Source of the DNA: an uncultured Bacteroidota bacterium
Lineage (GTDB): Bacteria > Bacteroidota > Bacteroidia > UBA4408
DNA length: 35,537 nucleotides
Assembly (NCBI GenBank): GCA_903842515.1
Contig: CAIMMJ010000042.1
Coordinates: 1-35,537 of the forward strand
Direction of reading: 5' to 3'
Shown here: one piece after another, positions 1-8,587 of the stretch
How positions within the stretch are numbered: the first letter of the stretch is position 1
How the letters are laid out: every line of letters begins with the position of its first letter
Notes under the pieces: model-generated
The model's input: only the letters and a program-made list of their open reading frames with translations
The model's database searches: none
Told to the model about the DNA's origin: nothing
Made by a program: the position numbers and the translations under genes

Positions 1-783
1 CTAGATCATTTAGAAGAATTACGTTGGCATTTGGTGAGGAGTGTGGTGGTTATTTTTTCGCTTGCAATAGTATTTTTTGCAAATAGAGAATTTTTGTTCG
101 ATACCATAATTCTTGCACCAAAAGACCCAGGTTTTTTTACATATAGAATGATGTGTAAGCTCTCACATTTTTTGAACATGGGCGATGCATTGTGTATGAA
201 TGGCTTGGAATTTAGTTTAATAAACACTACGCTTTCCGGACAATTTACCTTGCACATGTGGGCAGCATTTGTGGCAGGAATAGTAGTTGGTTTTCCTTAC
301 CTAGTTTGGGAAGCCTGGAGGTTTATTAAACCTGCTCTTACTGCCACAGAAATAGGTTACTCTAAAGGAATATTGTTTTTTGTATCTATTCTGTTTTCTA
401 TTGGTGTTCTCTTTGGATACTATCTTATTGCTCCATTGTCTATCAACTTTTTGGGCACTTATCAAGTGAGCAGCGAAGTAAAAAACATGATAGACATGGA
501 TTCTTACATTAGCACAATAACGGTTATTACGTTTGCGTCGGGATTGCTTTTTGAGTTGCCCATAGTGGTTTATTTTTTATCGAGCCTTGGAATTATTTCT
601 CCCGCCTTTATGAAAAGATACCGCAAACATGCAGTGGTAGTAATTTTAATTTTAGCAGCAGTAATAACACCTTCACCGGATATTACTTCTCAATTGTTGG
701 TTGCCCTGCCGGTGTATGTTTTGTATGAGCTAAGTATTTTTGTTTCGGCTTATGTGGTGAACAAGAAAGAAAGGGAAGGCTAA
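1..783 (+). CDS. tatC: Twin-arginine translocase subunit TatC (5'-partial; frame open from base 1)
   Basis: Frame 1 reads LDHLEELRWHLVRS from base 1, so the true start lies outside the window. The protein is polytopic and carries TatC-like motifs (FPYLVWEAWRFIKPAL, ITPSPDITSQ). Stop codon is TAA at 781-783. Confidence 0.9.
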   Translation, partial: LDHLEELRWHLVRSVVVIFSLAIVFFANREFLFDTIILAPKDPGFFTYRMMCKLSHFLNMGDALCMNGLEFSLINTTLSGQFTLHMWAAFVAGIVVGFPYLVWEAWRFIKPALTATEIGYSKGILFFVSILFSIGVLFGYYLIAPLSINFLGTYQVSSEVKNMIDMDSYISTITVITFASGLLFELPIVVYFLSSLGIISPAFMKRYRKHAVVVILILAAVITPSPDITSQLLVALPVYVLYELSIFVSAYVVNKKEREG

Positions 784-952
784 GAGAATTAATGGTTTTT
801 TGCATTAGATAATTGTATATAACCACATCCGCTAAAAGCTGATAAGATCAATAAGTCTTCTCGCTAAAAAAGAGTAAGAAAGAAACGGAAAACAGAACGA
901 GTTTTATAATTCTAAAAATGTAGATTTAACGCAATACTAACCTACAAAAAAC

Positions 953-2086
953 TTGAGGAATATATTGATTTTATTGTCTTTTTGTTTATTATTAAAAGCA
1001 TCATATTTACTGCTTTCTGTTTTTTTAGAAAACGGCAGGGAAAACAAAACTCTGTTTAATAAATATGTTTCGATTGTTAAAAAAAACGATTCATTTTGGT
1101 ATGAAAAAATTACAAAAGAAGGATATTCAAAAATAAACCAAAAAAGTGATTTAGGGTTTTCTCAAGGAAAATATTTCAAACAAAGTGAGTGGGCTTTCTT
1201 CCCATTTTATCCTTTTTCCATTAGGTTTTGTTCTAATGTTTTTAATCTTAATTTTAACGAAAGTGCCTTTTTGATAAGTATTGTATTCTCATTTTTATCA
1301 GTTATTGGAATGTATTGGTTTGGAATAATATATTATAAGAATCAATCCTTAGCTTTCTTGAATTCTTTGGTTGTTTTTTGTTTTCCATTTTCATTTTATT
1401 TTTCGATGTTTTACACCGAAGCGATTTTTTTTGCTTTAATACTTTTTAGCTTCATTGCAATTTACTATCACCGATTATTAATAGTAGGAATATTATTAAT
1501 ACCACTTGTACTAGTAAGACCCAATGGAATTATTATTGCTATTCCTTTGTTTTTTTATTTTTTAGAACACAATAATATACTAACGAAAAATAAATTTGGT
1601 TGGCAAGAAATTTTGAAATTGAAAACTCTAAAACATTCATCAGTATTTTTAATTGCACCATTAACTTTCATTATATTTTGCATTTATCAGTATTTGATGA
1701 CTGGCTATTTTTTTGCATTTAGCATAGCACAGCAAGGGTGGTATCGTGAATTTACATTGCCATTTTTATCATTTTTTCGCAGTGGAGATTTTTCTACACA
1801 ATTCAATTCGTTTTTTACACTGTCAGTTTTAGCTTATGCTGTAATTATCAGAAAAAAGTTGCCAATTAGTTTAAATGTTTTTATTGCAATAAGTTTGATT
1901 TTACCCCTTTGCTCTGGATCCGTAATGTCTATGACTAGATTTGTGTCAGTAGTATTTCCCATGTTTTTACTATTTTCTGAATTTATAAATAAGTCCAATT
2001 ACAAATACCTTTTAGTATTTGTGTTTACTATATTTCATTATCTTAGCTTTTATAGCTGGCTCATCAATCATCCAATTAGTTATTAA
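953..2086 (+). CDS. Polytopic integral membrane protein, possibly a GT-C-type glycosyl/mannosyltransferase (function tentative)
   Basis: 377-aa ORF with a TTG start and about 10 or more hydrophobic segments rich in F/L/I. Its overall look resembles PIG-V/DUF2029-like membrane glycosyltransferases. I could not verify a catalytic motif by eye. Confidence 0.55.
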   Translation: MRNILILLSFCLLLKASYLLLSVFLENGRENKTLFNKYVSIVKKNDSFWYEKITKEGYSKINQKSDLGFSQGKYFKQSEWAFFPFYPFSIRFCSNVFNLNFNESAFLISIVFSFLSVIGMYWFGIIYYKNQSLAFLNSLVVFCFPFSFYFSMFYTEAIFFALILFSFIAIYYHRLLIVGILLIPLVLVRPNGIIIAIPLFFYFLEHNNILTKNKFGWQEILKLKTLKHSSVFLIAPLTFIIFCIYQYLMTGYFFAFSIAQQGWYREFTLPFLSFFRSGDFSTQFNSFFTLSVLAYAVIIRKKLPISLNVFIAISLILPLCSGSVMSMTRFVSVVFPMFLLFSEFINKSNYKYLLVFVFTIFHYLSFYSWLINHPISY

Positions 2087-2144
2087 AACATAAATTGAAA
2101 TAATGTTTATTAACTGGTTGTTTAAGGAAAGTTGAATTTTAAAT

Positions 2145-2432
2145 TTAATTCTCAAAAACAGAATTTAACCTTAATCCAATTGTAGCTTCAACTCTTGAAA
2201 TCGATATTTGAACTTTAGGAAACTCAAACATATCATCGGATGATTTAGTAGCTTGAATTATATCATTAAATCCACCAATAACAACTTTGGTTTCTATGCC
2301 TATTAAAACATTTTTATTAATGGAAAAATCTATCCCTTGGCTCAGTGAAGAGCCTAAATAAAAATGTGTTTTTAAGATTATTAGTGGTATTTTTAACGGA
2401 TTGCAGATTAACGAATCAGCAGATTCGAAGCT
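2145..2432 (-). pseudogene. Possible C-terminal remnant of an outer-membrane beta-barrel-like protein (start-less open frame)
   Basis: The minus-strand frame is open for 95 codons with no usable start codon. It reads ...THFYLGSSLSQGIDFSINKNVLIGIETKVVIGGFND...SRVEATIGLRLNSVFEN*. The alternating-hydrophobic pattern is typical of beta-barrel C-termini. It lies directly next to the HepT/MntA cassette. Confidence 0.3.
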
Positions 2433-2514
2433 TTAACCTGTAGACTTGCAACAAAGGTAGAAATGAAAACGGCACGTACAAATACTTTTTAAACCCGCCA
2501 TTTTGCGAATGTGC

Positions 2515-2531
2515 TGTTAGCACTAGTACGT
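2515..2531. repeat. Left arm of the inverted repeat bracketing the HepT/MntA cassette
   Basis: tgttagcactagtacgt. Its reverse complement matches 3216-3232 (acgtattagtgctaact) at 15 of 17 positions. It lies 6 nt beyond the hepT stop codon. Confidence 0.5.
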
Positions 2532-2536
2532 TACTA

Positions 2537-2893
2537 TTATTTCTGTTGTATATCTTTTAACACAGTCTTTACGTCTTCGTAATTTACAGGTAAATGTCTT
2601 GTTGCTATGTCCCAAATAATTTCATAATCAATACCAAAATACTCATGGCTAATTCTGTTTCTTAAACGGTACATTTCTTCCCAAGGAATTGAAGGGTATT
2701 TGTCTTTTATGTTATTGGGCAAGTTTTTAGTTGCCTCACCTATAATTTCAAAATTACGTATAACTGCGTCAACTGTTTTATAGTCCCACTTAAAGTGTTG
2801 AAAGTCAAGACCACCAATATATTCTTTCACCCTTTCCATCGAAAGAATAATGTCTGATAAGTATAAAATGGGATCTCTGTCGCTTGGTTTCAA
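2537..2893 (-). CDS. hepT: HepT (DUF86/HEPN) toxin of a type VII toxin-antitoxin pair
   Basis: 118 aa carrying the HEPN R-x4-H-x-Y motif (RNRISHEY). It overlaps the upstream nucleotidyltransferase gene by 4 nt (ATGA). Confidence 0.85.
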   Translation of the reverse strand: MKPSDRDPILYLSDIILSMERVKEYIGGLDFQHFKWDYKTVDAVIRNFEIIGEATKNLPNNIKDKYPSIPWEEMYRLRNRISHEYFGIDYEIIWDIATRHLPVNYEDVKTVLKDIQQK

Positions 2894-3180
2894 ATATATT
2901 GAACTTGTTTAAGGATTGATTCTTTGATTTGTTCTTTCAATGAATTTCGGGTAACTAGGTCAACACGAATTCCCATATTCTGTTCTAAAAAACGTTCTAA
3001 TGTAAAAAACTCCCAACCAACTGGTTCAGAAAATTCAACTAACAAGTCAAGGTCGCTTTTTTCGTTTTGTTGTCCAGTAGAGTATGAACCAAAATATCCA
3101 ATTGAACTTACATGAAATTTGTCAGTAAGCAATGGTTTAATGGCTTTTAATTTACTCTCTATTTCTAATTTTGTCAACAT
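2890..3180 (-). CDS. mntA: MntA minimal nucleotidyltransferase antitoxin
   Basis: 96 aa carrying the GS-x3-G...SDLDLLV nucleotidyltransferase signature (GSYSTGQQNEKSDLDLLVEF). It is translationally coupled to hepT. Confidence 0.85.
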   Translation of the reverse strand: MLTKLEIESKLKAIKPLLTDKFHVSSIGYFGSYSTGQQNEKSDLDLLVEFSEPVGWEFFTLERFLEQNMGIRVDLVTRNSLKEQIKESILKQVQYI

Positions 3181-3215
3181 GGTCGCAAGTTAATATTTTT
3201 TTTTGAAACCCCAAC

Positions 3216-3232
3216 ACGTATTAGTGCTAACT
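3216..3232. repeat. Right arm of the inverted repeat bracketing the HepT/MntA cassette
   Basis: acgtattagtgctaact, 36 nt upstream of the mntA start. It is internally near-palindromic (TTAG-TG-CTAA). Confidence 0.5.
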
Positions 3233-3388
3233 AAATTATTGGCGAAGAAAGAATAATTTAATTATATACTCACTCTAAAATAAAACAGAAATACCCTGTC
3301 CACAATTCAAAGTTGAAAATATTATTTCTTCTCATAAAATTGTTGCAATAAAAATTACAACTTGCTTTTAAATTATTTATCAAAAGAA

Positions 3389-4696
3389 ATGGCAAAATTT
3401 GAAATTATAGGCGGCAAAAAATTAAAAGGAGAAATTATACCACAAGGTGCAAAAAACGAAGCATTGCAAATATTGTGTGCAGTATTGCTAACTCCCGAAC
3501 CTGTTGTTATTAGTAATGTTCCGGATATTGTTGATGTAAATAAATTAATAGATTTACTAAAAGAGTTGGGCGTAAAAGTTACTAAATCTGGTTTTGAACA
3601 ATATACTTTTATTGCCGATGACGTAAATATTGATTACTTAAATTCTCCCGAATTTAAAAAGAAGGGAGCTGCACTAAGAGGTTCTATAATGATTGTTGGG
3701 CCTTTGTTGGCAAGATTTGGAAGAGGATATATTCCTAAACCGGGTGGCGATAAAATTGGTAGAAGAAGATTAGATACTCATTTTATTGGATTTCAAAATT
3801 TAGGTGCAAAGTTTGAATACATAGAAAACGAAGAGTTTTATAAAGTAGAAGCGTCCAACTTAAAAGGTTGTTATATGCTGTTGGATGAGGCTTCTGTTAC
3901 CGGAACTGCAAACATTGTTATGGCAGCAGTAATGGCAAAAGGAACAACAACAATATACAATGCCGCATGTGAGCCTTATTTGCAGCAACTCTGCAAAATG
4001 CTAAACAGGATGGGTGCAAAAATCAGTGGAATTGGTTCTAATTTATTAACTATTGAGGGCGTTGAATATTTAGGTGGAACAGAACATAGAATGTTGCCCG
4101 ACATGATAGAAATTGGCTCATTTATTGGCTTGGCAGCAATGACACAGTCTGAAATTACCATTAAAAATGTTTCGTACGAAAGCCTTGGAATAATACCAGA
4201 TACGTTTAGAAAATTAGGAATTGAGATGGAACTGAGAGGAGATGATTTATACATTCCTTCGCGAGAAAATTATGAAATAGATACATTTATTGATGGCTCA
4301 ATTCTTACGGTGGCAGATGCTATTTGGCCGGGATTTACACCCGATTTGTTGAGTATAGTTTTAGTAGTTGCTACACAAGCAAAAGGAAGTGTTTTAATTC
4401 ATCAAAAAATGTTTGAAAGCCGTTTGTTTTTTGTGGATAAATTGATTGATATGGGTGCTCAAATAATTTTGTGCGACCCACACAGAGCAACAGTAATAGG
4501 GCTAAACAGGCAACATAGTTTAAGGGGAATAAATATGACGTCTCCAGATATACGTGCCGGAGTTTCATTACTTATTGCAGCACTTAGTGCACAAGGAAAA
4601 AGTGTGATTGACAATATTGAACAAATTGATAGAGGATATCAGAACATTGATAGTAGATTAAAAGCAATTGGTGCTGATATTACCAGAATAAATTAA
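3389..4696 (+). CDS. murA: UDP-N-acetylglucosamine 1-carboxyvinyltransferase MurA
   Basis: The N-terminus MAKFEIIGGKKLKGEIIPQGAKNEALQILCAVLL is typical of MurA. I chose the ATG at 3389 over the upstream TTG at 3362. The active-site loop reads KPGGDKIGRRRLDTH. Confidence 0.95.
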   Translation: MAKFEIIGGKKLKGEIIPQGAKNEALQILCAVLLTPEPVVISNVPDIVDVNKLIDLLKELGVKVTKSGFEQYTFIADDVNIDYLNSPEFKKKGAALRGSIMIVGPLLARFGRGYIPKPGGDKIGRRRLDTHFIGFQNLGAKFEYIENEEFYKVEASNLKGCYMLLDEASVTGTANIVMAAVMAKGTTTIYNAACEPYLQQLCKMLNRMGAKISGIGSNLLTIEGVEYLGGTEHRMLPDMIEIGSFIGLAAMTQSEITIKNVSYESLGIIPDTFRKLGIEMELRGDDLYIPSRENYEIDTFIDGSILTVADAIWPGFTPDLLSIVLVVATQAKGSVLIHQKMFESRLFFVDKLIDMGAQIILCDPHRATVIGLNRQHSLRGINMTSPDIRAGVSLLIAALSAQGKSVIDNIEQIDRGYQNIDSRLKAIGADITRIN

Positions 4697-4754
4697 TTTT
4701 TATAATTTTGGAACAATAATTGTCAAAAGAATACCAACAATATCTAAACAAAAA

Positions 4755-5300
4755 ATGAAAAAAATAAATTTTTTTATAGCCCTAATAGCATTTTCTACAT
4801 TGGTTTGGGGATTCTCGAATAAACTTGCGGGAAGCACTGCAACCGTTGGGCTGAACATAGGAAACAAAGCTCCCGAGATGGTTTACAAAACACCCGATGG
4901 AAAAGACCTGTCGTTGTCATCTGTAAACAAAGGAAAAATTGTATTGATAGATTTTTGGGCATCGTGGTGTGGTCCATGCCGTATGGAGAACCCCGCTGTT
5001 GTTGCCGCTTATGAAAAATACAAAAACACAAAATTTAAAAACGGCGCCAAAGGCTTCACTATTTATAGCGTTTCATTAGACAAAGCAAAAGAAAATTGGG
5101 TAGCAGCAATTGCAAAAGATAAATTATCATGGTCTAACCACGTAAGCGATTTAATGTCGTGGCAAAGTGCAGCAGCTGCCCAATATGGTGTGAATAGCAT
5201 TCCAATGAATTTTTTGTTGGATGCAAAGGGAATTATTGTTGCAAAAAATTTAAGAGGCTCTGCACTTGAAGCAGAAATAGAAAAGTTGGTAAAAAAATAA
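4755..5300 (+). CDS. TlpA/ResA-family thiol:disulfide oxidoreductase (exported thioredoxin-like protein)
   Basis: Signal or anchor peptide followed by a WASWCGPC thioredoxin active site. Confidence 0.85.
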   Translation: MKKINFFIALIAFSTLVWGFSNKLAGSTATVGLNIGNKAPEMVYKTPDGKDLSLSSVNKGKIVLIDFWASWCGPCRMENPAVVAAYEKYKNTKFKNGAKGFTIYSVSLDKAKENWVAAIAKDKLSWSNHVSDLMSWQSAAAAQYGVNSIPMNFLLDAKGIIVAKNLRGSALEAEIEKLVKK

Positions 5301-5320
5301 TTTATAGTTTTAATTCTCAT

Positions 5321-5359
5321 ATTGGCTTTGTTGCATTAGCAGCACAGCCAATTTTTTTT
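5321..5359 (+). terminator. Intrinsic terminator after the tlpA-like gene
   Basis: ttggctttgttgc-atta-gcagcacagccaa forms a 13-bp stem with one mismatch and one G-U pair. It is followed by a run of nine T (5351-5359). Confidence 0.6.
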
Positions 5360-5360
5360 A

Positions 5361-6473
5361 ATGGACATGGATGCAGATTGGCTTACGAGAACTTTTTTGG
5401 GAAATACAGTAGAACAGATTCTTTGGTTCTTTGGTATTTTGCTTGCCGGAATTGCTTTTAGAACAATTATTGCTTATGTATTTTCGAGATTTTTATTTGA
5501 AGTTTTAAAAAAACATTCCAAAGAAATTGGTTCACAAAAATTAGTTGAGCTACTTAAAAGACCCTTTGGTTTTTTTGTAATTATATCTACACTGTATTTT
5601 GCCTTTAACTGTTTATCCTTCCCTGCACAATGGGAAATTGGTCCTGCACATCTTTTTGGAATACGAATGTTTTTGCAAAGAACATTTCAAGTTTTTTTAA
5701 TTGTAAGTTTTACATGGATTTTGCTAAGAATAATAGACTTTATAGGATTAATTCTGCATCATAAAGCAATTGTTACAGAAAGTAAAATGGACGATCAAAT
5801 TGTGCCATTTGTGAAAGAAGGTATAAAAATTAGTATAGCTGTTATCTCCCTGTTTTTTATTTTAGGAGCAGTATTTAAATTAAATATTACTTCATTAATT
5901 GCCGGATTAGGAATTGGTGGACTTGCAATTGCATTGGCAGCCAAAGAATCGTTAGAAAATTTATTGGGCTCGTTTACCATATTTTTTGATAAGCCATTTA
6001 CAGTTGGCGATTTTGTGGATGTGGCAGGCGTAAAGGGTCATGTAGAAAAAATTGGATTTAGAAGCACGAGAATTAGAACAGTAGAAAAAAGCTTTTTAAC
6101 TGTTCCCAACAAAAAAATGGTAGACAGTGTTTTGGATAACATTACTTTAAAAACCATGCAAAGAATTAGAATGGCTTTGGCTATTTCTTTGGAAACTCCG
6201 GCTGATAAAATACAACGTTTAATTTCTAAAATTAATTCTTTTCTAGAACAACAAAACGAAATTACAAATGATTTTACAGTAAAGTTTTTTGAGATAAACA
6301 ACACTGTTGGTTTTGAGATTTTAATTGTCTATTTTGTGAATACTACTTCTTACGATGAAAGTTTAGAAGTTAAAGAGAAAGTTAATTTTAAACTACTAGA
6401 AATTCTAAAAGAAGAAGAAATTAGCCTAACAATAAATAGTTATTTTTCATCTACCAATGGCTATAAAAAATAA
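5361..6473 (+). CDS. MscS-family mechanosensitive ion channel
   Basis: N-terminal TM helices followed by the MscS beta-domain signature (LGSFTIFFDKPFTVGDFVDVAGVKGHVEKIGFRSTRIRT). Confidence 0.85.
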   Translation: MDMDADWLTRTFLGNTVEQILWFFGILLAGIAFRTIIAYVFSRFLFEVLKKHSKEIGSQKLVELLKRPFGFFVIISTLYFAFNCLSFPAQWEIGPAHLFGIRMFLQRTFQVFLIVSFTWILLRIIDFIGLILHHKAIVTESKMDDQIVPFVKEGIKISIAVISLFFILGAVFKLNITSLIAGLGIGGLAIALAAKESLENLLGSFTIFFDKPFTVGDFVDVAGVKGHVEKIGFRSTRIRTVEKSFLTVPNKKMVDSVLDNITLKTMQRIRMALAISLETPADKIQRLISKINSFLEQQNEITNDFTVKFFEINNTVGFEILIVYFVNTTSYDESLEVKEKVNFKLLEILKEEEISLTINSYFSSTNGYKK

Positions 6474-7089
6474 AAAAAAATTCTACGTGGTGTGGGTTGG
6501 CGCTAAACCTGGAATTTACCAAACTTGGGACGAATGTCAAAAACAAGTTATAGGATTTAAGGACTCAAAATACAAATCGTTCCCAACAAAAATAGAAGCA
6601 GAAAAAGCATTTTCAGAAACCTTTCAAAAAAATATTTATCAAGCCAAGAATACTGAAACCGCAAAAAAAACAACTGAAAGTTATCCCAAAGGAGAATACT
6701 TGTGTGTAGACGCTGCATGGAATACAGTAAGCGGAGATGCAGAGTATCGTGGAGTAATGATGCCAAGCAAACAAGAAGTTTTTCAAAAAGGGCCTTACTT
6801 AGATGGAACCAACAACATTGTTGAATTTTTAGGAATTGTTCATGGCTTGGCTTGGTGCAAACAAAATAATTATTTCTTCCCTATTTATTCTGATAGCAAA
6901 ACAGCCATCTCTTGGATTAAAAAGAAAAAAGCCAATACCAAGTTGGAACAAACTTATAGAAACAAACCTCTTTTTGAACTTTTACAAAGGGCAGAACTAT
7001 GGATTAAAACTAATTCTTGGACCAATCAAATTCTAAAATGGGAAACAGATATTTGGGGAGAAATTCCCGCAGATTTTGGAAGAAAATAA
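6457..7089 (+). CDS. rnhA: Ribonuclease HI with an N-terminal hybrid-binding (viroplasmin-like) domain
   Basis: FYVVWVGAKPGIYQTWDECQKQV...KSFPTKIEAEKAF forms the hybrid-binding domain. The RNase H core has candidate DEDD residues (VDAAW, NIVEFLG, IYSDSK, PADFGRK). It overlaps the mscS-like gene by 17 nt. Confidence 0.85.
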   Translation: MAIKNKKKFYVVWVGAKPGIYQTWDECQKQVIGFKDSKYKSFPTKIEAEKAFSETFQKNIYQAKNTETAKKTTESYPKGEYLCVDAAWNTVSGDAEYRGVMMPSKQEVFQKGPYLDGTNNIVEFLGIVHGLAWCKQNNYFFPIYSDSKTAISWIKKKKANTKLEQTYRNKPLFELLQRAELWIKTNSWTNQILKWETDIWGEIPADFGRK

Positions 7090-7112
7090 ATAGTATACAC
7101 AATTACAAATAA

Positions 7113-8018
7113 ATGAAACACATAAAATTACTTCTTCTTTTTTATATACTTTTTTCTTTTAAATCTTTCTCTCAAGACAAAGACTCAACAATAAACCACG
7201 GATACTTTTTAGGAGGTGCTTACGGCAATGTATATATTGAAGCCAGCTTTAAAGACCAACTTTTAAATGGACCATTTATTATCAGGGATAACAAACGAAG
7301 AGTATTACTTAAAGGTAGTTTTAATAACAATCAAAAAAATGGTATTTGGGAAAAATACCATTCAAAAGATACCAGTTATTTTCTAAGAAAAAAAACCGAA
7401 TATATTGTAAATAAACCTGCTGCAATAATTTTAGAAACAGATAGTTCGTCAAGAAAAATTAAAAATAAAAATTATGTGTTGGAATATTTACCCGATACCA
7501 TCAAAAAATTTGACAGTTTAGTCGAATACCTTACCCTTCAAAAACAAATAGTTCCCAGTAGAAATGGTGGAGCGTTTAATGTATCGGAATATGGAAATTT
7601 ATTGTCAAGATTTTATAGAGGAATTACTAAAAATTATGTTCCCATTTATGCTGACGCCGAATTAAAAAATAAAATTCTAAAACCAGTTTTTTCTGAAAGC
7701 AACAAAGCTGTTTCAATAAAGACATCAGATAACTTTTATTTCTTTGAAGAGTACGGATTATACCAAAGAATAAACAGTATTGGCTTAGAATTAAAAGATG
7801 GAACTATGTATTGGGTTTCCTTAAATGATATTGAGCTGAAAGGAATTAATTTAGTGATAGATTATTCTATGTTTAATGCACTAAAACAAAACTTATTGCC
7901 AAATAGAATGCTGTTCGAAAATAATGTTTCCAACATAAAAATTAATAGAAACATCAATTGGGAAATTCGGAGTAAACAGATTTTAATGGAAATTTATAGC
8001 AGAGAATTATTTAAGTGA
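7113..8018 (+). CDS. Secreted hypothetical protein with a MORN-variant (YwqK-like) repeat
   Basis: Signal peptide MKHIKLLLLFYILFSFKSFSQ. The LNGPFIIRDN...GSFNNNQKNGIWEKY segment resembles MORN-variant repeats. No catalytic motif recognised. Confidence 0.6.
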   Translation: MKHIKLLLLFYILFSFKSFSQDKDSTINHGYFLGGAYGNVYIEASFKDQLLNGPFIIRDNKRRVLLKGSFNNNQKNGIWEKYHSKDTSYFLRKKTEYIVNKPAAIILETDSSSRKIKNKNYVLEYLPDTIKKFDSLVEYLTLQKQIVPSRNGGAFNVSEYGNLLSRFYRGITKNYVPIYADAELKNKILKPVFSESNKAVSIKTSDNFYFFEEYGLYQRINSIGLELKDGTMYWVSLNDIELKGINLVIDYSMFNALKQNLLPNRMLFENNVSNIKINRNINWEIRSKQILMEIYSRELFK

Positions 8019-8054
8019 AATTGATTTTTTCTTTTTTGGATTTTTTCGAGTATC

Positions 8055-8312
8055 CTAAAACATAGTTAAATCTATATGCGAGGAACTTATTTTGTATATT
8101 AATAAGTTGTGGGGTGTAATTAGGGCCTCGTGAACATCTTTTATATTTACTTTTCTAAATATTAAGGGTTGTTTAGAAATAAAATCAATAGTTCTAAAAG
8201 TAGCTTGAACAAAATTTGAAACTTCTTTTTTTGACCAATTTTTTTCTAAATAATTTACAATTGCTTCAAAAGTATTTTCTGCTTCAGAAGTCCACCTTAA
8301 TTCTTTAGCAAT
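8055..8312 (-). pseudogene. Decayed RelE/ParE-family toxin gene (no start codon, premature TAG)
   Basis: The minus-strand frame reads (I)AKELRWTSEAENTFEAIVNYLEKNWSKKEVSNFVQATFRTIDFISKQPLIFRKVNIKDVHEALITPHNLLIYKISSSHIDLTMF*DTRKNPKK. This fits the ParE/RelE-like pattern (W..A...I..YL...WS, FxDTRxNP). There is no ATG, GTG or TTG start. An in-frame TAG at 8055-8057 sits where Trp is expected. Confidence 0.6.
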
Positions 8313-8530
8313 TTTTTATACTTTTTCTTCACTTCATCGTGCTCTCGAGTATTTCCTGTTTCAGATTGTTCTATTCCTTTCTTTATTGATAATTGAACTA
8401 TTTTAGGCAATTCTTGAAACTAATTTTGTGGTTGACTTTCGAAAATAGAATTAATATAACCAATGAAATATTTATTGTTTGATTCTAATATTTTTTTAGT
8501 AAGATTTATTTTTACACTAACTAAACTCAT
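8297..8530 (-). pseudogene. Decayed cognate antitoxin / addiction-module component (internal TAG)
   Basis: The ATG at 8530 opens MSLVSVKINLTKKILESNNKYFIGYINSIFESQPQN*FQELPKIVQLSIKKGIEQSETGNTREHDEVKKKYKKLLKN*. An in-frame TAG is at 8420-8422. The 3' end overlaps the toxin frame, as in intact TA pairs. Confidence 0.5.
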
Positions 8531-8587
8531 ATTTTAGACAATTGGAATTTTAAATTTAACAACATTTTTGAGTAACATAATCACTAT

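Noticed and set aside
2412-2427. CGAATC-agca-GATTCG hairpin and a nearby TTCGAA string as a tRNA/T-arm remnant, or as the hepT-operon terminator.
   Set aside because: No cloverleaf can be drawn around it and no U-tract follows on either strand. It also lies inside the start-less remnant frame.
3976-4254. Antisense or alternative-frame ORFs nested inside long conserved genes. This one lies inside murA. Others are 9111-9350, 9295-9546 and 9591-9797 in the ABC-F gene; 11979-13569 (several) in copA; 13892-14203 in trmH; 15760-16312 in metG; 16838-17157 opposite prfB; 22202-22438 and 22616-22798 in rpsB; 28903-29709 in the GAF kinase; and 33210-33419 and 33613-33813 in the kinase/REC genes.
   Set aside because: Each is fully embedded opposite, or out of frame with, a gene that has strong family motifs. 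Their translations are low-complexity (L/F/S/K-rich), as expected for the reverse frames of AT-rich coding DNA. None has a recognisable motif.
8055-8422. Two in-frame TAG codons at Trp-like positions as evidence for stop-codon reassignment.
   Set aside because: TAG terminates a well-conserved kinase C-terminus at 30086-30088. No other gene in the window needs TAG read-through. The toxin has also lost its start codon. Ordinary pseudogenisation explains the pattern better.
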